Source of the DNA: Octopus vulgaris
Taxonomy: Eukaryota
DNA length: 64,000 nt
Assembly: GCA_951406725.2 (NCBI GenBank)
Contig: OX597816.1
Coordinates: 108,252,001 to 108,316,000 of the forward strand
Reading direction: 5' to 3'
Below the pieces are notes generated by a model that saw only the letters and a program-made list of their open reading frames with translations, did no database searches and had not been told where the DNA came from. Shown piece after piece: positions 40,720-56,873 of this stretch. Every line of letters begins with the position of its first letter. The first letter of the stretch is position 1. A program made the translations under genes and the position numbers.

Positions 40720-41300
40720 GATGAGCTTATAGAAATGCAACTGAGAGATGGATACTCAAACCTCTTTCATCGGTCTAAAATACTTCAAACATTTTATAAA
40801 CGTTTTCTCTTATTGTTGAAAGGTACTCATGTCAGGTAAAATATTACTTCTTTTAAGCAATGCACCATAACAAGTGAACTTAATGATCTTCATGTTTTTA
40901 TGATATATCCCCAATAACACATTTAATGGATCAAGGCGTATTATATGAGTTTTTTTAAACAACTCATACAAAGAATTGACGGAAAAGATAAACCGGTGGT
41001 CAGAGACTTCTGGAAAATAATCAACGTGATGGGCGCTGTGGATAATATAGATTAACTACGGTTTGAAGTGAATGCCTCTGCTTTGAATAGCGTTTAGCAG
41101 AACATAATGCCACGCTACATCTAGGACTGTACTGGTTTTCTACCAGTAGAAAATTTGCATCATGTTTAGCGAAATATTTTGATACTGGATTTGAATAATG
41201 GATAATGTAACTGAGTTACCACAATTCCACAGAGAAAGTTTGTCTCATGAAGAGCTGGTTCCTTTAGAATAAGAGCGAGCAGATGAAGGACAAAAGGAAG
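40720..41300 (+). pseudogene. pogo/Tigger-like transposase remnant
   Basis: Fragments NAP, PNNT..MDQGV, RDFWKIINVMGAVDNI and VTEL.QFHRESLSHEEL appear in the order expected for the Tigger DDD domain and C-terminus; heavily decayed. Confidence 0.6.
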
Positions 41301-42507
41301 ATATAGAAGTTCCGTCCATTCCACTATAGTTGACTAAAGAAATACGATAGCTAAAGGGCTTTCAAGTATTTGCGCATTACTATCCTAATTAGGAAGGTAA
41401 CATGAAAATTAGAAGTGAAGTTCATAATAAATTCAATCCCTTCACCGAACTCTATGAGGTAGGAGATTGCACCCCTCTCCCTTCCATTTACTCATACTAT
41501 TCCTCTCATCAAGTAGCTGTTAGTATCTTTTGTAGTAAGCACCTTCCCACGATATTTTTACATTCTTATATTTCCCTTAAGTATTTATTTCTCTTATTGT
41601 TTTATCTATAAAAGTTGTTATATTGCATTTTTCCGAAAGAATTCCATCGGCACGGATTTCAATGTATATCACTAGAATCAATGGTGAAATAGATAATGTA
41701 CTAATTCTATGCTGCAAAATTTTCAGAAATTTAATGGTTCTCGTGGGTGATGTCTGCATTTCTAGGCTATTATTCGACTTGTCGCATTATATTCAAGAAA
41801 CAAAAGAAAAAAAAAGAAAAGAAAACCGAGAAGAAATTTCCGCAACTCAATATGCTCACAGAAAGTTTAACTTACAATGCGTAGTAATTTGTGCTAGGCT
41901 TTAAAGTTTTATTTCTTCGATACTTCGTGACAAAAAAACACTCGACAAAACATGCCGGCAATCTTGTACTTAAGATTCTGTCTAAACCCATAATCTTTTG
42001 TTTTTCACAATGGCTTTCCAGCAAAACAACACAATATTTTAGCAGGACGATCTTGGATGATACTTCTAGTACTTCAGCCCCGTGATATGAGAAATCATAA
42101 ACCATGTGATGAAGTAAAAAATCTTGATGCAGTGATCGTCAATTATGTGTTGACGATCGCTGCAGATTCACCGTTTAACAAATTTAATGTCACATCTTTA
42201 CATTTCGTGTTCATTTTCTGTCTTGAGATTCCAAATTGATATGCGTTATCTTCTTCTTTACAGACAAAACAGAGGCTGCAAATTCTTTACGTATTGTACA
42301 ATTAAATTAAGAATGTTACTAATTAATCAGTATGCATTTTAGTAGTTTATTTTTGTGTGCTTTTGTCATTAGATTATCAAGATATGACAATTAGGCATTA
42401 TGATTCATTTAAGAAAAGTAGTTAGTTAACGTAACAAAATAAATCAGTGAAAGTAAAGCTGAAAATTGGACCACATCAGAAATTTGAGTACTGCTCTGAG
42501 TGTGTAC

Positions 42508-42542
<35 letters not shown>

Positions 42543-42677
42543 TGCATGTGTGTGCGTGCGCGTATGTTCGCGCGCGCGTATGTATGTACAGTGTTTGTTG
42601 TATATAGGTTTTTTTTTCCTCTGTTTATATGAGAGTGCCGAAATGATTACGTTTGGATGCATATATGCACAGACATA

Positions 42678-42752
<75 letters not shown>

Positions 42753-43274
42753 ATATATATATGTGCGTGTGTGAGCGTATAACTGTATATAAAAATATAA
42801 ATATTATATACGTATATATATATATGTGTGTGTGCATTTATATATATATATATATATATGTATACATATATGTGGGTATTTTTATCAATATCGATGTATG
42901 TATACATGCGTATGTACATGTGTGTGTATGTGCGCGTACGTGCATGTGTTAAAGCAAAAATGAACATACATTATTCTATTACGTAATACAAGCAGAACCT
43001 CAAACAAGTGAAGTTTTACACAAGTGCAATGGCAAAAAATAATCAATAGAATATAATATAACAACTTTGTATAAAACTTACGTTGGAAAGATAATTATTT
43101 TCTCTTCACCCACATTTTTATTGTCAGAAGGTTTTCTGCAAAATGATCACCATACATTAATTCCTTCGTATGTTTTCAACCATTTAAATACATACAAAAT
43201 TGTTCTAATTTAATCATTTCGTTTTACTTGTATGCGTTTTTCTTTAACATTTTCTTTAACTTTTCTTTAACATA

Positions 43275-43702
43275 GGCGTAGAAGTGGCTGTGTGGTAAGT
43301 AGCTTGCTTACTAACCACATGGCTCCGGGTTCAGTCCCACCGCGTGGCACCTAGGGCAAGTGTCTTCTACTAAAGCCTCGGGTCGACCAAAGCCTTTGAG
43401 TGGATTTGGTAGACGGAAACTGAAAGAAGCCCGTCGTATATATGTATATATATGTATTGTGTATATGTATACGTTTGTGTGTCTGTGTTTGTCCCCCACC
43501 CCACCCAATATCGCTTGACAACCGATGCTGTTGTGTTTACGTCCCCGTAACTTAGCGGTTCGGCAAAAGAAACCGATAGAATAAGTAACTACGCTTACAA
43601 AGAATAAGTCCTGGGGTCAATTTCCTCGACTAAAGGCGGTGCTCCAGCATGGCCACAGTCAAATGATTGAAACAAATAAAAGAGTAAAAAAAAGTAAAGA
43701 GT
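43275..43702 (+). mobile_element. Near full-length SINE, family C
   Basis: Complete head, body and taaaagag tail; homologous to 22814-23207. Confidence 0.88.
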
Positions 43703-45221
43703 ATTACATCAGTTTTATTTGGTTTCACTTTCTATTTTTTGTCTCTTTGTGGCAGTATTTTGAGTTATGTTTCATTTCTTTCTGTTGTCTATTTTCTTTC
43801 TTCTCTTTTCAACAAATTTTTTATATTTAATTGTTTTTCAAAACTAAAACTCGTAAATATATGATGTATGTATATGTGTGCACGTGTGTTTGTGTGTGTG
43901 CGTGTGTCTGCAATCGTATGCATAATTAGGTGTGCAAATTCTGTGAAGACGCGTAATCTCGTACTTCAGAAGTTGCACACGCGATCGCAATATCATGGTT
44001 TCGATTCTCGGTCCAGCAGTGCGCCAAAGCTGTCAATGAGTAACCCATCGACGAACTGGAATGCCGTCCATGTGTGACATCCATCACTTATACGCCATGC
44101 AAACTGGGTAAGCGTCCCTGTAAATCCAAGAACTCGAGACAGTAATTTACTTTTTACATCGAAATTAAATTATTTGTATTTCAAAACACAGCACACGTCT
44201 TTTCTACTGAACAACGTGTATTCAAACCCCAACTAATGTTTAAATTAAATCATTCGAACACATGATATTTTGAATTTTAAAAATCGGTTTCCTTGAATAT
44301 TAATTATGTGTTTTAAATTTTCTTATTCTACTAGTTACATGTAGGAATTTTAAACAAATTCATAATTGTTTTATTCTTTTTGCTGTTTGTATTTTTAGAT
44401 TTATAATCGCTTTCTCACTTTTTATAATGCAATTTCAATCAACAGAACAATAGCATATTTCAGATAAAATGTATTTAAATATGATTTTATAGTATACATT
44501 CCATCTACTTATATATATATATGTGTATGTGTGTGTGTGTGTGTGTGTGTGTCTAGTTTCAGCTCAGAGCTGCGGCCATGCTGATGCACCGCCGTCTTAT
44601 ATAGAATTATATAATCATACGTATGTGTGTGTGACGCAATACATCTAGTAAAACGACAGGCTCATAATTACTTCGTGTTTACATTTGAAAATTGTGTTCT
44701 TAATTTACATACATATGTGCGTGGATGTGTATTAACCGGATCATTCCCACAGCATGATTCATAATAGCATCTATCAGAAAGCATACATTAAAACTCATTA
44801 GAAAAGCACGTGTTTTTTTTTGTTTTTGTTTTTAATTGCGATGATAAATTTCACCTCGTAGATAAATTTATATATGTCTCTTGCATTGTATTGTGTCTTT
44901 AAAATATGCTGCCCAAACCGCCAAGTTCTTCACAGACTTGATTAAACTGCATTTCATGGGTACTAAAAAATTGCTTTATGCTCTTTCAGAGTCATGTATA
45001 ATTGCCTGTCTCATATATGTCAAGCTGCTGCTAATGTATATACATGCAAACTCATGCACGCATACATATATTCATATACATACCAATACAAACACAACCC
45101 ACCACGCACACACACATGCGCACACGCAAGCACGCGCACACTCGCAGACACACACATATATGTAATGTACTGTTCCTTGATAGTAAGATTAACAAAAAAG
45201 CACTCCACCCGGTGCGATAAA

Positions 45222-45470
45222 TATTATCTAATGAACACAGTACGTGTTTTATGTGCTACTAATAGATTCATGCGCTGAGAACATGCCAAATAATGTTTTA
45301 TAACACGTCTGACATCTCGGCACAGTCATCAGACGCAGCTCATATGGAATAACGAACTATGAGGACTGTGCTGAGATGTCAGACGTGTTATAAAACATTG
45401 CTTGGCATGTTCTCAGAACATAAAACTCTTAGTAGCACATAAAAGCACGTATCGTATTTATTAAATAATA
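45222..45470. repeat. Fold-back/MITE-like inverted repeat (arms about 110 bp)
   Basis: 45222-45331 is the imperfect reverse complement of 45360-45470; spacer about 28 bp. Confidence 0.88.
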
Positions 45471-45548
45471 TATATATATGTGTATGTGTATACAAACATA
45501 CACACACATACACTTATACATATACGTGCATACATACATGTATATGTG

Positions 45549-46715
45549 TTTGCAGTGCCAGTACTCATACGAACATTTGGGCTGCTTGATTGGACGCTTG
45601 ACGAGATCCGAGCCATTGATGTGAAAACCGGAAAAAACTAACTAGCGCACATAATCAGTGACGTAGACCTCCTCTACCTAAAATGAAAACAAGGTGGCAG
45701 AGGCTTAACATCAATCTAAAATGCCTTTGAATGTCGCATCACATCCCTTCGGCAACTTCTTTTAGCCACCAAGTATCGAAGTGCATCCCTTAACCAAGTT
45801 TGCATACACAAGGCTGATAACATCATAAGACTTGGAAGGCAGCTCTTTGTCTGATACATGCCCAAAGACGTCGCACGATTCTTCCGCAATGAAAGGATGT
45901 GCCTATATAAGCAGAATACTATGCATGGATATGTTCGTAGAAAGCTTCGTGTTGATAGTAACATCGATCATCACAGCAGTTTATGGGCGAATAGCCAGAT
46001 TATTACCTCCTACATTGAAGGATATGCGTTTGCAATCCAGGAACTGGAAATATCAACCAAGTACCTGATGCACAAAAGGGATAGAGATGCAGGAAAAGCC
46101 ATAAAATGTGACAAAAGCTGCAGACTTTGTGAAGTTCACACTGAAGATATCGCCCACATCATAAGCAGTTGTCCGAAAATGTCATCACGGTATTATCTAC
46201 CGATGAGACATGACGTTGTAGCTAGGACACTCTGTAATGAAATCCGTCGAAAGGATAATCCCGAGGACAAAGAAATAAGAACCCACAATATGGTAGAAGC
46301 TATAGCCGCTCATATTAAAAAGGAATACTGGTGGAATATCCCAGTGAAAACCTCAATAAAATGTAAGCACAACAGACCTGATATAATGATTTACATTAGA
46401 GAAGAGAAACTGTGCACAGTTGTGGAAATTAGCTGCCCAGCGGATGTTAGCGTAAAGTTGAAGATCAGTGAAAAAGAGAACACCTATGCTGATCTATTGA
46501 GAGATCTGCAGTTACTCATTCCAGATTACAAGTTCAGGTTTATACCTGTAATTATTGGAGTCCGTGGATGTATAACACACTGCCTAAATACCAATCTTGA
46601 GGAATTAGGCTTTTGAAAACCAGAAAGGAGAAAACTAATTCGAAGACTACAGATCCAATCCATCACTGGAATTGAAAAAAATCTGTAAAATTTTCTAGAA
46701 GTTTATCATTTAAAT
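45549..46715 (+). mobile_element. 5'-truncated R4/Dong-like non-LTR retrotransposon (C-terminal CCHC + restriction-like endonuclease)
   Basis: SDVD.LYLK.KQGGRGL, CRLC...EDIAHIISSC (CCHC), RHD, RPDIM, VVEISCP..K...Y (PD-D/ExK REL); ORF 45858-46616; flanked by microsatellites. Confidence 0.88.
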
Positions 46716-47660
46716 ATATATGAGCATGTCTAGATATGCTACTATATGCATGAGAATGCATACATAAAACATATAAATCTGCATATACATACATACATAC
46801 ATACATACATTCATACATACATACATACATACATACATACATACATACATACATACATACATACATACAAACAAAAATACTCTGTTGTTTATATTGAAAT
46901 TCCAATGAAAGAACGTAGAAAGCGTTTTTTTCTCTATTGGCAAGAAATCTTGAGATAAACTGAATAATGACATGCATACATACATACTGAAACAATACTA
47001 GATATATTATTTCGCAAATGGCATTTCGGTGGTTTTGATGATGACTATTAAGATGATCGGTCAACTGAGTGGCCAAGCCTACTCATTAATTTAACATATA
47101 AATAGTTCTTATTCCACATACACGTGTACTCTTAACATGATTCTCCAAAGTAATCAGCGTGGCACAAATGCGACAAATTTTTCTCGTATAAATGTATGAA
47201 TGTGCAACTGTATCATCGATTATGTGATGACCAAGATCTGTGAACGAGTCTCTGGCGTTACCTTCGGGAACTACCACCTTACAGACTTACCCCATCCCCA
47301 TCAAACAAGAGCAGAAAGCAGACAAGAAGAAGTGTGTGTGTGTGTGTGTGTAGTTCACAGATGAGATCCAGAGATTTTCTGTATAGAAAACACTTTGTAG
47401 AGCTCAAAAGATTCAAACTTAGACTCCAATGTCATTACCTGGGATCATTCCACAAGGTAAAGAAAGGTTATAAGAGGGATCATGTTGAGCTAGTATAGAG
47501 GGAAACAAATTAGATACATCAAATATATTAAATATATTTGATGCATGTAATTTGTTTATCCGCATTATTGCCTCTCTCTCTTACTCTCTCTCTCTCTCTC
47601 ACACACACACTCACTCACACTCACCCACACTCTCTCTCTCTCTCCATAAATATATGTGTA

Positions 47661-47718
<58 letters not shown>

Positions 47719-47720
<2 letters not shown>

Positions 47721-47898
47721 TAAAAAATGAAGTTAACGCAGGTGTAAACAAGTATTTTTACTTTCGACACATGTTTCGAAAATTCCACTGATACTATTCA
47801 AAAGAATAAATGGTATAAACAATGCAATCTTCTCTGCCCTGGTAACTATTTATTTATTTTTCCGTGTTAATTGTTAACAAGGTAAAAATACACTCATC

Positions 47899-47900
<2 letters not shown>
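47719..47900 (-). mobile_element. TA-bounded terminal-repeat fragment with 5'-truncated hammerhead
   Basis: Minus strand GA-gaagattgcattg...cagtggaattttc-GAAA-CATGTG-TC: long helix II and palindromic helix III are present, but the CUGA core is lost. Confidence 0.5.
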
Positions 47901-47969
<69 letters not shown>

Positions 47970-48863
47970 TATATATATATGTGTTTGTGTGTGTGTGTAT
48001 AGGCAAATGTGTATGTGTATATGATATTTCTGACTCAAGATTAACTGTTTGCTTTGTGTAAATCGTTATCTAACAATAACGTAGTTGCTAATTTCATACA
48101 CACATACACACATACACATACGTCTATATATACATATACATATTACATACACGCAGATACAACTATATATGTACTTGTATTTATAATATGCACAGTATAC
48201 AGTTATGTGATATGCTATTAATAGTAAACTATATACATCTGTACATACGTGTATGGATATATATATATATATATATAATATAATTCGAGACAAAACCACT
48301 ATTTTAAAACCAAACAAGGAAAGACTTAATCAATACATAAAATTTTAATATAAATTAGAATTATATTATATAATATTTTACTATAAAATTGAATTTAACC
48401 CTAAATCTGATTTTTCCCTGTAATTTTGGATTCATTCCCTAATATTTATTATTATTATATATAAGCGTTATATTTATATGTGTACCAAATGTGGTGTACG
48501 TGGAGATTCAAGGTTGAATTGAAAGCATATGTACCGTTATAGCAAATATGAGACCGAATGGCATTTGATTCATTGTTGTGTAATCAGTAATCGTCACATG
48601 GGAAACGATATATTCGTGTACAGCGAGTTTGTTATCCTTTTTATCATTACATATTAATTTATCTGAAAATCGTTCGTATAACAAATTTTATCTTTTAAAT
48701 GCACGCATAGGCGCATACACACACAATGAATAAATACTTACGTACATGCAGGCATACATATGTGTGTGTGTGTGTGTTTGAATGTGTGTGTGCACGCGCG
48801 TGTTTGTGTGTGTATGTATATATGTATATGCGTAATATATGTACATAGGTACATAGTTATCTA

Positions 48864-48902
<39 letters not shown>

Positions 48903-51864
48903 ATGTGTGTGTGTTTGTGTGTGCGTACTTTTCTCTGTGTGTGTGTGTTTGTGCGTGTATGTACGTACACACACACACGCATACACATACACACATACCC
49001 GATATCCACCACTTTTTCGGTCAAATGGGTGACATTTATTTATTGAAATAACGTGCTGTGACTGAATATTCTCCAGGCACGTGTACTCTTAACGCAATTC
49101 CCAAGTAGATTCATCGTGCAACAATGCCTGAGTTTTAATTACACCAACACGCACATGCACATTACATAGGTGCATACATACATACATACATACATACATA
49201 CATACATACATACATACACAAGTTCTTATACACATAAATACATACATGAAGTTTATATATAGAAATATATCATGATAATATTGACAACTGAACACGTATT
49301 CCCATATATATATATACAACACAATGTGTTTCATACACAATATATAATTACCTATTTGCATACAATTTTTATGTCGGCACTTTAGTTATCGTCATGAAAA
49401 TTTTGAATATTCATCTCACAAAACGTGTGGATTGGCTTTTTTAATATTTTTTACCTTACTCATTTATTTGGATCGATAAGCACTTTGGAAATTCGCCCTC
49501 TCTGATCATAAGATTGTTCTGTCTGCCGTGATAATATTGTGTTGCCTTCCGATTACCTGTTAGATTCTGCTATAAATTGGGTATGAAGTTAATATGATAA
49601 TTATGAGAGATAAACTGAAATATCCCAAATCGTGAATGAATGATTTAGAAAGAAATATCAAATGCGAATTGCTACTTACCTATTAATTTTCAAATAAATC
49701 TTTTCTTGATTATTACTTGATATCAAGTTTCTTTAGCTTCTACGTTCATATTAGATACAGTATATTATTTAATACTTAGGAAATGGAAGGCGGAGAAATG
49801 GTAGAATCGTTAGGCCGCTGGGGAAAATGTTTAGCGGCAGAATCGTTTGCACGCCGGGCAAGATGCGTAGCGATAGTACATCCGACGTTCTGAGTTCAAA
49901 TGCTGCCGGAGTAGACTTTGCTTTCGTACTTTCGGAGTCCATAAAATAAGTACCAGCTGAATATTGGGGTCGATGTGATCATCGACTAGCACCCCCTCTC
50001 CAAAATTACTGGCCTTCATCCAAAATTCGAAACCAATATTTAGGAATAAATAATTTGCGGTATTTAGTTACGTTCCTTTAGGTTTTCAGTTCAAATGTAG
50101 CCAATAGGATTGACTATACATCTCTTCACTAAATTTGTAGCCTTTATGTTCTTCGTTAAATGCTGCTGGGCTAATTTTATCCTCCCTGCTTCTATAATAC
50201 ACCAGTCAAGTACTGGCGTCGATACAGTGGGCTCTCCCGACTAAATTTATAACCATGTATCTGTGTAAGAAAATCTTAAAAGGGTGGTAGATTGGAAGAA
50301 TCGCTACAATATTGGATAAAAGGTGCAGGCGTGACTGTGTGATATGAAGCTTGCTTCCCAACCAAATGGCTTCCGGTTCAATCCCACTGCGTAGTACATT
50401 GTGCAAGAATATAACCTCGGGCCGACTAAAGCCTTGTGAGTGGATTTGGCAAACAGAAACTGAAAGAATCCTGTCGTGTGTGTGTGTGGTGGGGGTGTCT
50501 TTGTGTCTGTCTGTGCTTGTGTGTATGTCTTTGTATCTGTGTTAGTCCGTCACCACTGCTTGGCAACTAAATATTCTTGAAGGCAGTACTCCAGCATGGC
50601 CGCAGCCGAACGACTGAAGCAAGTAAAAGTGTCTCGCAGTTTTTGTTCCTTACATTCTGAGTTCCAATCACACCGATATCAAATCACTTTTCAAATCGCT
50701 TTAAAAAAATCAGTCACATACTGAGATCGATGTAATCGACTTAGTAGCCATGTCCCTATATAAAGAACTATTATTTGGGCGTTAGATTGACATAACTGTG
50801 GGTGCGACTAATACCTTGAAAATGTCTTGAATCGATTAAAATGCCTTGAAGCGATTGTTCCAGGTCTTCACTAACGGTCTCCCAATCTCACTGAGTCTTC
50901 AAGGGTCGATGAAATAAGACACCAGTCCAGTACTGGGGGTGATGGAGGTCCTGCGCCTGTATTACAGACCATTACAGCGTGGTGAACAAACAGAATTGAA
51001 GCAGATCTATATTCACTTATTCCGTTATATCAATTCTTGCAGTGTATACTGTACATTGTTATCAAAACGTTTCCTATAAGTGTTGTGCTGTATTTGGTTT
51101 CCCTTTATTAAACGCAGTTTTACTAAATCGTAGTTAATAAATTTTCCAGGTAACGAGATCTGAGCAAATTCTGTATTCATCCATCGGCAGCACTCATAAT
51201 CCAAGAAACTTCATACATTTTGTCTTCTCCAAGTTAATCTATACGAGGAGTAGATCTCTGTTTTAACAATATTCATATTTGCTATTCAGAAACGGGATAG
51301 AAGTTCTTTGTATATGTGTGTTCGTATGCATGTGTACATATGTGTATGCATCCATGTTTACAATCAGGATCCCAATCCCACTTACTCAGGTTTTAAAATG
51401 TCGGTGTATGTATATGTTTTCATAGGTATTTATATGGTTTCCCGTTATGCTCCAAAACTTAGCATTTCAACCACTGGAATAAGTACTGGTTAGTATAATC
51501 GACTCGATCCCTTGAATCTGGTCTCTTAGCATGGTCGCAATTGAATATCTGGAATAACTAGAACAAAAAATAAAGAAAAAGAAAATGAGACTATTTCGAG
51601 ACATCACTGCAAGTTAACCGCAGTAATTTTATACTTACCACTGCCGTTTCTACTGATCTGTGCGAATCGATAATGTAGTTATTCGATGCGGAATGAAACG
51701 AATCAATGATACCCAGTTATCTGGAAGACAGATATAGTACAGCGGCCAAAGCAGAAAAATCTACTGATCTAACAAGCGGACCTCCGTATGGTCATTAGAC
51801 CTGCTAAAAATAGCAGCCAGTTATTCTTCAAATCATATCCCTTCCGTCTTTAAAAAGAGGAAAG

Positions 51865-51934
<70 letters not shown>

Positions 51935-52603
51935 TTGTGTGTTTATGTGTGGGTTCGATATGTTTAGTTCACTCATTCAATAGAATGTTAGTAGGTTTTT
52001 AAGTTTTGGGATTTTTAGGGTAGCAGTGTCCATTTAGATATTTCTCTATTTTCTGTTTTATTTTTAATTTCTCTCTTTTTTAGTTATAAATATCAATTTA
52101 TGTTTGAACTTTGATGTTTGTATCTGAAACAATAAGCCGCTGTTGATGTACTGGACGTATTGTGTAATGGTTTGCTCCCGTTTCTTGTCTATTAATCCCT
52201 CAGCAAAACTTATGCTTTTAACGCTGTTGACACTGCTCGAGTGCTGAAACCACAATGATGTCCGTTCGACAGCTGATGATGGAATATATGTGTTTGTTAA
52301 CGGGAAATCTTTTGTATCTTGTTCCCTTGTGGTTCTACGTTGTCCTAGATTGAAATAGTAGTTTCCAAAGTGCTAACATTTTTAGGAGCTCTTGATCCTT
52401 TGTCCATGGTAGTTTTGTTGTATATATTATACTATAAGTGGGGAACACGTGATTGTCCTTCTTAGAGATTCTAATTCTGGTAGGGTATCGGCTGTTTCGG
52501 AGTTTCTGGTTTATGGAGATTTTGTTGCACAAATACTCACACACACGCACACACATATGTATGTGTATACATATATATGAATATGTGTATGTGTGTATAT
52601 ATG

Positions 52604-52645
<42 letters not shown>

Positions 52646-52650
52646 TATAC

Positions 52651-52682
<32 letters not shown>

Positions 52683-52912
52683 GCATATCTATCTATTTAT
52701 CTGTCTGTCTGTCTTTCACTCTCTCTCTCTCTATCTCTCTATCTATCTAGATTTCTATCATACACACATACATACATACACACATACACACATACATATA
52801 TACATACATACACACATACACACATACATATATACATACATACATACACACATACACACATACATACATACATACATACATACATACATACATACATACA
52901 TACATACATACA

Positions 52913-52947
<35 letters not shown>

Positions 52948-52951
<4 letters not shown>

Positions 52952-53463
52952 TATTCAAAGGAATTCCAACTCTGTTTATTATGTTTTATTTATATTCTTT
53001 ATAATATTAATGTAGAATATAGAATATATAGTATAAATAGTATATATATAGTAAAATGAAGTGAACTATTGATTCTCTTATTGAATATATGAAATATTGA
53101 ATATAAAATATTAAGGAACTAGTATACTTTCTTGCATTAAAGCAGTCTTCAAGGTCCCAGGTTGTGACAGGAGTGGTTCAACTGTTGAACTGCTCAACTC
53201 CTTTGACAGGAGTGTTTTCACAGTTGAAACACACCTGTCACAACCTGGGACCTTGAAGACTGCTTTAATGCAAGAAAGTATACTAGCCCCTTAATATTTT
53301 ATATTCAATATTTCATCTATTCAATAAGACAATCAATACTTCATTTCATTTTACTATATATATACTATTTATACTATATATTCTGCATTCTACCTTAATA
53401 TTACAAAGAATATAAATAAAACATAAAAAACAGACAGCGCTGGAATTCCTTTGAATAATATAT
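52948..53463. repeat. Large fold-back (arms about 240 bp) of a TA-bounded element with a hammerhead-like motif in each arm
   Basis: 52948-53184 vs 53221-53463 are reverse complements. Motif ggacc-TTGAAGA-ctgc..gcaa-GAAA-GTATAC-TA at 53247-53290(+) and 53115-53158(-). Confidence 0.85.
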
Positions 53464-53491
53464 ATCCCTCTATACACAATCATACAAACCC

Positions 53492-53559
<68 letters not shown>

Positions 53560-53563
<4 letters not shown>

Positions 53564-53765
53564 AAGTCTATATGCCAACGCAACGTAGCAGTCCTACGCA
53601 GGATGATTACTACTTTTTAGTCTCAGAAAAACATCCTTTCCTGTTGGCTACTGACACAGTTCATATGTCGGTAGCCAGCTGGGAAAGATGTCTTCCTGGG
53701 GCTAAAAAGTAGTAATATCATCCTGCGTAGGACTGCTACGTTGCGTTGGCATATAGACTTTACTG
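53560..53765. mobile_element. Hairpin MITE, probably Tc1/mariner-type (…ACTG|TA end)
   Basis: Outer 47 bp or so are a perfect inverted repeat and the inner arms are imperfect; loop about 9 nt; TA flanks. Confidence 0.8.
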
Positions 53766-53850
53766 TATGGTCTTGTTACTACACATTTCTTGCTCAGAGA
53801 TTTGAAACTAGTCTTTCTCTCTCTGTTCTCTCTCTCCCACTCTCTCTTTT

Positions 53851-53930
<80 letters not shown>

Positions 53931-55345
53931 CGAAAAAGCTAAGAAGGCTAGAATAACTTCAACAACGGCTCTACTTGATTTGGGCTCTATGTGGGTGCTT
54001 TCCCAGTTAAAAATAGTTGCGAAAATTTATCTCAGATCTTATCCAACCGTCTTTAATAAAGAACGAATTTGTTAAATGCTCTGAGTTTCCTGTGCATATG
54101 AAAAAGACAGAAGAGTCATGACTGAAATGACTTTGATCGTCTGTTTGTTGTGTTCATGCTAACCTGGGGCTGAATAACACCAACAACACCAACCATGGTC
54201 AATTGGCTTTTGGGCGATCAACGAACATCTTCCCCACTCGTTTCTCTGCACATTTTTACCTCTTTAGATTCCAGTTCTTATATATTTTGGTGTGAATCAA
54301 CTAACGGGCAGTTTTTACTCGTAAAAAGAAAATGACGAAAAGTTGTATGTAAGGACGAAAATAGAAGGCAGCTGTTGCTTTCAGATTAATTCTTTGAACA
54401 AACTTCAAACGATTCTTTGTTGTTTTTAATTCACATACTCTCCTATACATCAACTAAAACTTCACTAAGAATTTTGCCAACTAGTATTTACTTGCAAGTC
54501 TCTAACCATCCCACTCCAGTTTAAAAAAATAAAGAGATATTTAGCCATTTATAACACTGACAATTTTTACAATCGACTTAATAATTGTCCATGTAAACGG
54601 CTCCAGTTTCTGCGCTTTTGTCTTATCTTTTGTCTTTCATATTTTTCTCTTATTTATATTTGTAAGAGTGTACTTTGTGGGATGTATTTTTTGAACATGC
54701 TTTATATTATATGTAAGTTGTATGTGTATGCTTATGTATTTATTATTTTTATGGATACATCATTCGTCTTTATATTGATGTGTTTGATAAAGTAGTTGCT
54801 TGGAGTATTGCTTTGACATATTTTTGCTAATTAATTTACATTCAAAGCTATGCTTAGCCACAGTTTGCTCCTAATTTAGAAATATTATTTATCATACATA
54901 TTTTGATCATTTTCACACATACACACACACACAAAAGCATCTAAAGATCCATTCCAGATGCAGTACCTCTGAAAACTGAAAATAACGTATTAACAATAAA
55001 ACAGCGATAGTAGTTATATTAACAGCTATCTCTAGCTGGCTTTCAAATTTATCACTTGCTATTCTTTGCACAAAAGCCATTGTAATGTGAGTATGATAAT
55101 GATCACAGCGATGTTGATAACAATGACAATGATGACGCAAATGATAAGGGAGATCAAATTATATTCTTCTCTAATCTTCTATTTAACACTCTTAGTAATG
55201 TCGATATCGTTTTGCAAATTAGAGCTAAACACAAATATATAGCAATTTATGCATTGGAAGAATAGTTAAATCCAACCATAGAATGATCGCAATATACGTA
55301 GAAAGGTATACTTAAAATAACACATACATATGTATGTATGTGTGT

Positions 55346-55396
<51 letters not shown>

Positions 55397-55400
55397 AGAG

Positions 55401-55471
<71 letters not shown>

Positions 55472-55742
55472 GACCGAGTCGATAGATGAGATCAAGAGAT
55501 TCACAATATGGAAAACACTCAATAGCGCTCAAATGATTTGAACTTACACTCCGAAACCTTTACCGTGGAGTAAAGAGTGTCTATAGGAGGAATCCAGGTG
55601 AGCAGTGATGGAGATAACTTTGCAAATAAAGGAAATAAAACTGGTTAGGTTAGATATGTAAAATATATATACACGTATATATGTAAATACAGAGACAGCA
55701 AAGACTGAAAATTTTAAGACGATGAATATCCAAATATATTTA

Positions 55743-55811
<69 letters not shown>

Positions 55812-55855
55812 ATATGTTTATGTGTGTGGGTGTGTATGTATGTATATGTATGTAC

Positions 55856-56873
<1,018 letters not shown>

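Noticed and set aside
45305-45336. Minus-strand CTGATGA near the fold-back loop
   Set aside because: GAAA is absent (GAGA) and helix I would overlap the core.
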